Source of the DNA: Vitrella brassicaformis CCMP3155
Lineage: Eukaryota; Protista; Chromerida
Direction of reading: 5' to 3'
Length of the DNA stretch: 64,000 nt
Assembly: GCA_001179505.1 (NCBI GenBank)
Contig: CDMY01000562.1
Location: 186,001 to 250,000 of the forward strand
The translations under genes and the position numbers were made by a program. Shown piece by piece: positions 1 to 9,863 of this stretch. Every line of letters starts with the position of its first letter. Position 1 is the stretch's first letter. A model generated the notes under the pieces. It saw nothing but the letters and a program-made list of their open reading frames with translations. It ran no database searches and had not been told where the DNA came from.

Positions 1-3000
1 CACCAGTGCGGCCGCCCTGAGCTCCTCGTCCAGCAGCCGGAGCACGAGGCTGCACTTGGCCACCCGATTCTGGTCAAGCGTCACCTCCTTGCCGCCCTGC
101 CGCCGCGTGTCGAAGTACATGGCCACCTCTGCTGAGTCCGCAAAACCAGACGGCCCCGTCACCCACCCCAGCGGCTGCCTCTGCTGCACGGCCGCCGCCA
201 GCAGGGGGTTGGGTGAGGGGTTGGTGTCGTCGGCCTGTGGGGATGGGAGGAGTGGCCCCTGGACGTACTGGGCGCCGAGGTCGACCTGGACGGGGGCGGA
301 GAAGAATGCAGGGTCTCTGAGCTGTGCGGACCTGATGCGGCCGCCGGCCTCGCCCCGCGCCTCCAGGATGCCCACCGTGAGGCCGTGCGTCAGCAGCTCG
401 CGCGCGGCCACCAACCCTGATAATCAACCATTCAGGAAATACAGAGGCCGAGTGTGGGTGTGTCGCTCTACCCGCCCCCACCCCCCCACCCGCCCGAGCC
501 AGCGCACCTGCACATCCCGCCCCGATGACGATGGCATCCAGGTCGAAGTTGCCGGCTCCCGCACGCCTCTCGGCGGCCACAGCGGCTGTGCCGCCCGCAT
601 GGCTCTCATCCGTGCGCTGTGCCCTCTCCTGCTGCTGCTTCAGGCGGCAGATGGTCCCAGCCGTGTGGAGGTGCAGCGTCTCGTCGGTGAGCCCGGCGGG
701 GTCGAGTAATTCCGGTCGGAATGCAATCCGGGTGGCGTCACGGAGGCCGTGGATGCGCACGGCTTCGAGGTCGTGTCGCGCCTGGGCCTCCTGGATATCG
801 GTGTAGGGGCCGTAGACGAACTCGTAGCCGTTGCAGACCAGGCGGGCGAAGTACTCGCGCCGCACATTGATGGTGATGCGCCAACCTGACAGACAGACAA
901 GCAGCAAGACGTGACATATATGTGGTTGGTGGTGGTGGGCCGGGCCGTGCTGTGCTGTGCTGTGCCGTGATAGGTCTGCTGGCTGACCTTGTTCAGCGGG
1001 CACCTGTCGCGAGACGATCCCCTGCTCCTCCAGAAAACGACACAGCTCCTCTGGCAGACAGCAGACACCCAAAACGACAGACACCAAGACACGTCCAGCT
1101 GCCCTGCCCACACATGTCCCCCATCCCCTCGCATGCTTGCCCACCGGCAGGCCCAGGCCCAGGTCCTTGACCCATCGCCACCGCAAACTGCGGAGGGGGC
1201 GGCAGCAGGGGCACCTCCATCGGCGGCAAAACCGGCAGCGCTGCAGCAGCGGCAGCACCAGCCTCACCCCCACCACCTGGCGAAGGGCGGTCGCTCATCC
1301 GATCAGCGTCCCCCTCTCCCCGCCCCTCCACGTCGATGTCCATAGTGTCGTCATAGTGGGAGAGGTCGGGTGCCTTGGGGAACCCGGGGCTCTCCTGTGT
1401 GGCCTTGCTGGGTATGCGGCCCGTGTCGCGGAAGTGCCGGTAGCACGCGAAGAGGAAGTCGGCCGTCTGCTGGACCTCATCGGCAGTGCACTGCCGGGGC
1501 GTCTTGCGGGCGAGGTCCTTCTTCGGCGTCGTGTGGGTGCCGTCGGGGTGCTCGTATGCCGGCACCGAAAGCACCAGCTTGCCCCCCTTCTCCTGATACC
1601 ACACACCTGCCACACACACCACACACAGATCCATCCATCCATCCATCCACTCATCAACCAACCCGCTGAGAAAGAGCTCACGTGTGTCGCGCGGGAGGTC
1701 TCCCGGGAGCACCACCCTGCTGTCCGGAAAGCGCCAGAGCCTGAACTCCAGCCTGCCGTCGCCAAAGTCATCGGCATGGCCCTGCCGCACTCGCTCCTTC
1801 ATCTCGGCACTCCAGGCCTGGATGCCCCAGCGCACCCAGCGGGCCTCCGCATCGGCCATGGAGCTGTCTGCACCTGTGTTCTCCGCTGGCTGGCCGGGGG
1901 GGAGTTGCGGCGGCGGCGGCAGTGGCAAGTGCAGGTGCGGGGGCTGCGCAGGTGCCGATTGGGGCATCTTGTTGTCCCACCCTTTCAACACAAGGTTTGG
2001 GTGGTCCTGGGCCCACTCACGGTAAGCTGATGGTTGACCAACACAGACAGACATGGTGAGACAGACACGTGTGGACGATGGATGAGTGAGGCACCTACCG
2101 TCGAAGACCTCCTGGGCGCGGCGTGTGATCTCCACCATCTGCTCGTCAGTGAAGCGCCCATGGGGCGTCCCCGGGCCGAGCGGCAGCCCGTCAAAGAGCT
2201 CCCCGGGCAGTGGCGTCGAGAAGGCCCTGCGAGTGCGATTGCGCACCGGCACCTCCAGATACAACTCCCTGATGCCGCCCGGCTTCTCCTGCACACACAA
2301 CCCTGACACACACACACACAGAGAGAGAGACACCAGAACAAGGAGAAAGGCGTCCTGTGTTGCTCGTGCAGCGTCCGTCGTCTTTGTCTGTCTGTCTCTG
2401 TGTGATTGGATGGCTCGGCTCACGTGCGTCCCGCGGTATATCGCCATCTCTGGGCACGCCCATCCTGAAGAGGTCGGCCTCATCCAGCACTGCGGCACGA
2501 CCGGCGGCAGCCGCGGCGGCGGCAGAGCTGGCATCATCCCTCTCGTCCCCATCGTCATCAGCGGACCCACCACCCCTCCCGGCCTGCCTCTTGCTGCGAC
2601 CCCCCCTGCCGCGGCCCCGCCCGCGGGGCCTGCCTCCCCGACTGGGCCTTCTCACCTTGCTGTCGCCCCGGCTCTCGCTGCTCTGGCTTCGCGTCTGCGC
2701 AGGGCGGCTCTTGGGCCGGCCCTTGGCGCGACTGCCCTTTGGTCGGCCCCGCGGTCGGCCCCTCGGTCGACCAGGACCCCTCTTCCTCTCAACCGACGCC
2801 CCGCTCGCGGACGCCCCGCTCACCAGAGATGGCGGTGGCTCGGGCGCGGCCCCCTCAAGCTGCGGAGGTTCGGGTGGGGGAGGGGGAGGGATCGCTGCTG
2901 GCGGCAGGTCCTGCTGTCCGAACGGCAGAGGTTGGTCCATCATGTTCATGTCGGCACCGCCCCAGTTGTCGTAGCCCATTGGAGGCGGGGGGTGGTGGTG

Positions 3001-4355
3001 GTGGTCGGGGGGGTCCTGGTCCTGGTCTGGAATGTAAGGCGGGAACAGGGGAGGCGGTACTGGGTCGACGACGTCGTTGTTGTCCTGGTGAGGAGGACCG
3101 AATGCGGGCGACAGGTCATCCCCTGGGGGCGCCAGGGGGGGCGGGGGCGGGAAGCTCGGCAGACCCACCCCGCCATCGCCATCGCCACCACCACCATGCT
3201 CACCGTCCGGGAGAGCTTCTTCCTCCTGCTCTTCCACCTGCGGCTCTTCCATCTGTGCCTCGGGGGCTGGTGGCGGGGGCGAAGGGGGACTCTGCTGCTG
3301 CTCTTGTTGCTGTGCTGTCCGCTCCTGCTCTTGCAGCGCCTCGCGTGCGGCCCGTTGTGCGAGGGCGGCCTTCTCCTTCCGTTGTACGGCGGCGGCTTTC
3401 TCTTCCTTGGCCGTTAGGCGCTGGTGGGCCCTGACCTCAGCCACCGCATCCTCTCCAGAATTGCCGTCTCGCTCAGCCAGCCTGCACATAACGACAGACG
3501 GCATGACCAGACTGCATATGCCAGCCAGCATTGGCCGAGGTGGTGGCAAGTTACTTGCGGCTCTTCTTGCGGTTCCGCCTGGCTCTTCTGGGCCCAAAGC
3601 CGTCGTCATCTGCCGCTGCCGAAGTGCCCGACGCCGAGCCGTGACCCTCCCCAGCATGGTCTAGGTCGCGCGCCTCTCTGGCCTCTAAGGCCATGGCCTT
3701 GTCGCGGCGCTCCCTGTACCTGTCGAAGAGGATGTCTGCGGCCTGCTGGACGTCGTCTTTGGTACGGCCGTTGAGTCGGCGTGAGAAGTCCCACTTGGTC
3801 TTGGTGGCCTGGGCAGTCCACACCTCCAGGAACAAGTCGAGCACGCCGTTGTCCTTCTCCTTCAGAAGCAGACCTGATCGACCACACACGACCGATTCAC
3901 TCGTTGAGTGTGTGTGTGTGCGCGTGAGTCTTGGGCTTACGCGAGCGCTTCGGCAGGTCGTCCGGCCTGGGTATCTTGTACCCGAGCACACCGTAGATGG
4001 CATCTCCATGAAGGGGGGCAGCAGCAGCAGCAGCCGCCTCATCTCCCCCTACACCGCCATCACCAGCCGCATTGGCCGCACCACCACCAGCGGCAGCAGC
4101 TGCTGCTGCCGATGCAGAAGCTGAAGCTGATGCAGATGCAGACGCGCTTTCCCCAAGAGGGTTGGGATTGGCCGTCCTCTGCGGTCTGGCATCCTTGCCG
4201 ACACATGCGTCTTCCGCCACAGGGCTGTTGTCCTCATCCGGCTCCTGCACCGGCTTGATGAGCCTCCGCTTCTTGAAGCTCTTCTTGGCCGCCGGCTGGG
4301 GGCGCTCCGGCGCTGGGGCGAAGGGCTTGGGCGGGGACTCGACGTCATTCATCAT
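1..4355 (-). CDS. Multi-exon LSD1/polyamine-oxidase-like FAD amine oxidase with N-terminal AP2-like repeats and AT-hooks; 3' part runs off the left edge
   Basis: Splicing intron 417-507 gives LDAIVIGAGCAG-LVAARELLTHGLTVGILEARGEAGGRIRS...VDLGAQYVQG...NPL, the GxGxxG / LEAR-GGR / DLGA signature of flavin amine oxidases. Upstream GT-AG exons stay in frame back to ATG 4355. Start codon is uncertain. Confidence 0.8.
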
Positions 4356-4805
4356 GCTGCTGCCGTCAAGGAGGGACAGGAGAGGTGTGGCGCACACAGC
4401 ACACAGACAGACACAGCACACATCTGAGATCACTGACTGCAGGTTTCCCTCTCGTCTGCTCGCCTTGGGTGTGAGAGGGTCAGTGCCTTGGATGATGAGC
4501 AAATGCAAGCATCATCATCAGTGACCTCCGTGAGGCAGGCTACTCGAGAAGCATTCCGTGCGATGCATCTACCTCTATGGTAGGAGACGGTCGTCGCAGC
4601 ACAATGAGCTACTCAGATCTAGCACACCTGCTCATTTCGTTTTGCGAGCTTCTTCAGGTAACTGATTTCTGCTCTTCCCAAACAAACTTCACGTTCGTTC
4701 GGTCGCCAGTTCGTTCGTTGGTTCGTTATAACCTCACAACTTTGCCTTGCCTGGCACGGATTTCAGCTTTGGATTTGTTGCTGGTTCCATTCCGTTGCGA
4801 CGGAG

Positions 4806-6017
4806 ATGCATCACAACAGGCGCCGCGAGGTGGAGAACTACACACAGCTGCGGGCCTCGCGAAAGGTGCGGCAACCGCAGACAGACAGACACACGAATGC
4901 CATGCCGCCGACAGGCGGACAGATGCACTCTTCCCGTTGTCTTTGGCTTTCTCCCCTTGTGTGTCGTGTGTGTCATGTTTGTCGTCGCATCTGATCTGAT
5001 TCAGGAGTTGGAGGATGCTTCGCTGGCGTCGCTCCAGAGCAGCATCCGCACCGCCGCCGAGACCACACAAACAGCTGATGCCACCGCTTCCAGACTCAAC
5101 GAACAAACAGGTGGGTCACTCACCCTGGGACTGTTGGTGCCCCGGCACACTTATACACACACGTGACTGTCTGTCTGTCTGTCTGTGGTGCATATCGCAT
5201 CCCTCGTCTGTCCTGACGACCTGCGTGTGTCAGACCAGCTGCACCGTGTCCGCGACACGGCTGATGACATTTCGCACAACCTGGACACCTCCCAGCACAT
5301 CCTCAACGGCATGAAGTCCTGGTGGGGGTCAATGACCAACGCCTTCAAGAAACCACCACAGCGCACGGACTCTCACAGCAACAAAGACCCCAACGCCGCC
5401 AAGAAGGACACCACCGCCACCAGCGGCGGCAGCAGGGACAAAGGGGGAGCAAAGACCGCTTCCCCGAACCCTGCAGCAGCAGCACAGGTGAACGCCTGAA
5501 GGAATCGCGAGATTGTGTCGGGTGGAGATTTTTTGGCTCTGTTTGTTGTCCTGGTGTGTGTGTGTGTGTGTGTGTGCAGGGAGGTCGGCTGTCTGGCGGT
5601 GATGCATCGGGTGTGGGTGGTGGTGGTGGTGGTGGTGGCTCGGGTCCGCCCAAGTCGGCGTTCGACCAGCAGCTTGACCAGGGGCTCGGGCAGCTGGAAA
5701 CACTGGTAGGCAGAGATGGAACGAACGACAAGACAGCACGACGCGAATAATGGCTTGACGTCCCTGTGCTTCTGTTGCAGCTGGAGGGGCTTCATGACCG
5801 GTCCAAAGAGATCAATCGCACGCTGAACAACCAGAACCAAATGGTCAGGCAAACTCCCAAGAGACAGACCTACCCCTCCGAGCGAGAATCTGTTCTGTGT
5901 GCGTCTGTCTGTCTGTCTGTCTGTGGTCAGATTGGTGACATTCACGACCGCGTCGACCGCAACAACGCCAAGATGGACAAACAGCGCAAGGAGATCAAGC
6001 AGATACTCAAGCGATAG
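4806..6017 (+). CDS. SNAP-25/Sec9-like Qbc SNARE with two SNARE helices, multi-exon
   Basis: Spliced product: MHHNRRREVENY..ELEDASLASLQSSIRTAAET..RLNEQTDQLHRVRD..LNGMKSWWG, then FDQQLDQGLGQLETL-LEGLHDRSKEINRTLNNQNQM-IGDIHDRVDRNNAKM..KR*. Two Q-SNARE motifs, no TM helix. Confidence 0.85.
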
Positions 6018-6876
6018 ATGACGCCACTGACGCACACCCTACTGGGGCATATATATACTGGGGCGTTTACACCCTCTGTGTAAGGGCCACTTGACACTTC
6101 TTTTTCTTTTGGTGTGTGGTGGGTGGGGGGTGGTGGGGGGGTGGGTGATTCCCTGACTGACGCAAGTCGTCCTTGTGGAAAGCTCTTCGTGTGTGTGTGC
6201 GTAAGTTGCGGCCAGGCCGCCGATCTGCCTGTCTGTGCGTTGGGGGAGGGGTGGGGGATGGCCCTGCCTGCTATCCCGGCGGTGTGCGTGTGCGTGCCAT
6301 GTGTTGTGCAGCTGACTGACTTGATGATGCCTGCCTGCATGTATTGTGCGTTTTTGGGGGTGGGGATGAACTTTGGCTTACTTGTGGTATGCCGTGAACG
6401 TATCCATCCACCCGTCCATTCGTTCGTCCATCCGTCATACGCACCGCACCGCACACCAACTGGGTCTCGCCTCGCCTCGCCTCGCCTCGCCTCTCCTTCT
6501 CAACTAACTGTCTGCCCCTCTCCCCATCTCTCTATGTACACGAAACACCCATCCACCCACCCATGCCATCCATAGATACCCATGTGTCATATCAACTCTT
6601 GCCCGCAGGGACACCTCCCCGCGCCAGCCAACCCCCTCCTCCCTCCCTCCCTACCGCGGCACCAACCGACTCCCCCGACTCCTTGTCCTCTCCGTCGACT
6701 TGTCCTCGACCGCGCTGCTGCCGAGGTCGTCAGGGTAGTCGAGAGCGATCAGATGGTCGATGGGATGCAGTGGTGGCCATGGCGAATCAGCATACTCAGG
6801 GTCCGCCCTTGTTGTCTGTGCCTTCGCCCTCGCCCGCGCCTCCCGCCTGCGCCTGTGGGCATCGGCGTCAGCCCAC

Positions 6877-7996
6877 TCATATATATCGTCGAGGTCCTCT
6901 GTGTGGCACACGGGGCAAGTTGGGAAGCGCACGGGCCTCCTGAAGGATGAGGGGCGAATGCGCCACCAGGCGGCCGGCAGCTGGGGTCTTCCGCCGCTTG
7001 TGCGAGACGACCAGACCCACTGGCGAGCCATCCTTGCCACCCTGCCGTGAGACAACAAGGATTGGAAGCAGCACACGAAGCCGTGCATCCGCGAACAACC
7101 CTGCAGCATCTGATATGAGCGTGTCGGCATCTTACGGTGGGCGATGACGGCGATACCACCACATGCGGGATGGAGCCATCGCCGGACTTCCCGGCCTCCA
7201 AAGCGCCTGCCCCCTCGCCCCATGCATCCCTGTGTGCTGCCCCCTTCTGCACGACCGCCTCGCCCGATGCCTCGCTGGCGGCCGAGAGGAAGTCGGTTCT
7301 GTCTCCGCTGCTGCCGCTCGACAAAGGCTGGTTGCCTCGCCTGTGGGCCTTGGCGGGCGGGGGGACTTTGAGGAATGGCCGATCGTCGGGCGGCATGTGA
7401 GAGCTGCGGGGCATGTAGGTGCGTCGCCGACGGGGCTGCCTGCGCTCAATGAATTGAACGCAGCGGCAACAGAAAGACAGAAAGGGAGAAGGAGTCCATC
7501 GCTCGTCGCTGCATGTCTGTCTGTCGTATACACTATGCTCACCGCCTCCTCCTGGCTCTCATCTCGATGCATCCCCACACTTGGCGGCCGTCCAGCTCCG
7601 CAGACGCGCACATCCCGTGGTGACGTACTGCGTGAGCCTCATGATACCTCCCCACAGCTGGGCCCAGAAGGAGGCCTGCCGCCGCTCCCGCCGCATGCGC
7701 TCCTCCCTCTGCTGGGGCGACAGACGTTGGAGATTGACCACACGCAGATACTTCACCTGTATGTCACATCATGCACAATGATGTCACATATGGTCTGTGT
7801 GAGTGAGTGAGTGAGTGAGTGCGTGAGAGTGCGTGAATTCTGCTGTGCCGGTCAAGTGCCAGCTGACCTTTCGTTCGCATCTTTCTGCGGCAGCCCGCTT
7901 CCTGGTGGCGGAGAGGAAAGACCTGCGGTGGCCCACACTGCCTCGCCGCTGGACGCCGCCAAAGGGCTCCTCGCTCGACGCCGCGCTGCTGTCCAT
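6877..7996 (-). CDS. Hypothetical low-complexity protein, multi-exon; reading frame ambiguous
   Basis: Canonical GT-AG introns are present (about 7865-7757, 7540-7440, 7135-7042). The last exons join in frame (RRRTYMPRSSH..SPT-GGKDGSP..RRYI*), but the first exons can be read in two frames. No recognisable domain. Confidence 0.4.
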
Positions 7997-8366
7997 CAGC
8001 TAAAGGCGTAGGCGTGTGTCAGCCGCTAAACATGCTTCCTTCGTAGAAAGCGGGGCATCTCGCTGGCCGAGCGATGTGCATGCCGCCCTGCAGGCAACCT
8101 GCGGACACACGCAAGTCAATTGCGTTATCGGAGGGTTTGGGGTCAAGGGTTTGGCGGATCGCGCGAGCTTTTGATGTCTGAGTCCGCGTGAGTGGCCTCG
8201 TCCCCTCCTGTCAGGTCCAGCAGCACATACAGGGCCAACCAGAAGGAGTGGAATGGAAATTCGCCCTTTTCTGTGTGAATGTGTGTATCTGCAGGCGCAA
8301 ACAGTGAAGTGGAGAGATTTCGAGCGCACTGTGGTGCTGCGGTGTCAGTCCTCTATCTGGTATATC

Positions 8367-9623
8367 ATGTTTGCGGCGCCCCTGATTGCATCGCTCCTGA
8401 TTCTCTCGCTCCTCCAGCCATGTTGGCTCTGGCTGCTCCGCCACCCGATGTCCATGATGCAGATCTCGCCAACAAGTGCGCCTCTCCATCAGCAGCACCC
8501 TGCCGCCCTCCCAATCTCCCCTGCCATGACATCATCTGATGAGTCCTTGATGCGCCGATGCGTCACTCTGGCTACCCGAGCTCTCGGCCGGACCCGGCCC
8601 AACCCGCCGGTCGGCTGCGTCATTGTGACCCCCGATGGCCGCATTGTGGGAGAGGGCTACCATCCGAAGGCTGGGGAGCCCCACGCTGAAGTGTTTGCGC
8701 TGAGGCAGGCGGGCGACCTGGCGAGAGGGTCAACAGCGTATGTGTCGCTGGAGCCGTGCAGCCACCACGGCAGGACGCCGCCGTGCTGCGATGCGCTCCT
8801 CGCTGCTGGGGTGGCTCGGGTTGTCGCTGGAGTGGTCGACCCCAACCCACGGGTCAGCGGAGGGGGTCTGGCCAAGCTGAGAGAGCATGGCGTGGAGGTC
8901 ACAGTGATGGATGACGACTCTTGTCGGGAGGTGCTGGCGCCCTTCTTTCGGCGGATCGGCGGCAAGAGCCTGTATGGGAGTGTGATGGGCATCGTGACCG
9001 ACGACGGGTTTGAGGCGATGCTGCCCTGGCCGCTCGAGGCCATGGGGGACGACTGCAAGTGGGAGAGCTCAGAGGTGCCGCTAATGTGGCAGCAGAGAGT
9101 GCAGGCGGACGCTGTGGTCATCGACTGCGATGGGCTCCCAAACACCAGCTCACTCATCGAGTCAGCTGCACGGCTGCCGGCATCTGTTGCCCGTGTCCTT
9201 CTGATAGCCTCGGCGGCCAACCTGCCGACGAGCGACGCACTTCGGCTGCTTGCCAAAGACAGTTCTCTTCTCATCTTTTGCGGCGAAGAACTGCCGAGTG
9301 AGCTATCAAAGGAGGTTGGGGCGAGGGTGTTGCCTGTTGGTGGTGATGTGCCCGTGCAGGAGGTGGCTGACCTGCTGAATGGCGAGGGGATGATGAGTGT
9401 CGCGTGGGCCGTGGGTGACAACCTCCGTGCCGACCTGCTTCAGGGTGGTTTGGTTCAGCGGTTGGTGTTTGTGTTGGATGGAATGGGGTGCAGTGTGTGT
9501 GCGGAGGGGGATGTGTTAGGAGGCTGGGGCCTTGACGCCAATGACGTGTCAAGGAGGCAGGTGGAGCCGTGCTCAGACGGGAGGGAGATAATACATTTGG
9601 ACTTGGCTGACGCTTGTGGCTGA
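8367..9623 (+). CDS. ribD: Riboflavin biosynthesis pyrimidine deaminase (RibD/PyrD) with degenerate reductase-like C-terminus; intronless; signal plus transit-like leader
   Basis: Motifs PNPPVGCVIV, GEGYH, HAEVFAL, YVSLEPCSHHGRTPPCCDAL and DPNPRVSGGG. Hydrophobic leader MFAAPLIASLLILSLLQ followed by a S/P/Q-rich stretch. Confidence 0.93.
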   Translation: MFAAPLIASLLILSLLQPCWLWLLRHPMSMMQISPTSAPLHQQHPAALPISPAMTSSDESLMRRCVTLATRALGRTRPNPPVGCVIVTPDGRIVGEGYHPKAGEPHAEVFALRQAGDLARGSTAYVSLEPCSHHGRTPPCCDALLAAGVARVVAGVVDPNPRVSGGGLAKLREHGVEVTVMDDDSCREVLAPFFRRIGGKSLYGSVMGIVTDDGFEAMLPWPLEAMGDDCKWESSEVPLMWQQRVQADAVVIDCDGLPNTSSLIESAARLPASVARVLLIASAANLPTSDALRLLAKDSSLLIFCGEELPSELSKEVGARVLPVGGDVPVQEVADLLNGEGMMSVAWAVGDNLRADLLQGGLVQRLVFVLDGMGCSVCAEGDVLGGWGLDANDVSRRQVEPCSDGREIIHLDLADACG

Positions 9624-9863
9624 ATTTATGTGATCACATGCTGCGGCACACTTTCAATAATCGCATTTGATTGAGACATGAAAGTTTGTCCATTGCATGA
9701 ATTCATCAGAGATCAGCACACACCTCTATCTATATGATGATAGGTGGGAGGTGGATAGGGGGGGGGGGGGATCGTCACACCACTCAACGCATCACACACA
9801 CCCACTTCATCCCACCCAGTGTCTCAAAAACCACTCAACGAGATAGAGGGGGCACGATTCCCG

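Noticed and set aside
56-709. Long antisense ORFs opposite real genes (e.g. 56-709, 2086-3417, 26849-27847, 34725-35363)
   Set aside because: These are shadow ORFs expected from GC-rich codon usage on the coding strand, with no motifs or splice support.
6651-7223. RING-finger-like pattern (CSRMHGFVCC...CPVCH) in a minus-strand ORF
   Set aside because: The Cys/His cluster lies in a predicted intron (about 7135-7042, gtaag..cag), the spliced frame is different, and ligand spacing is incomplete.
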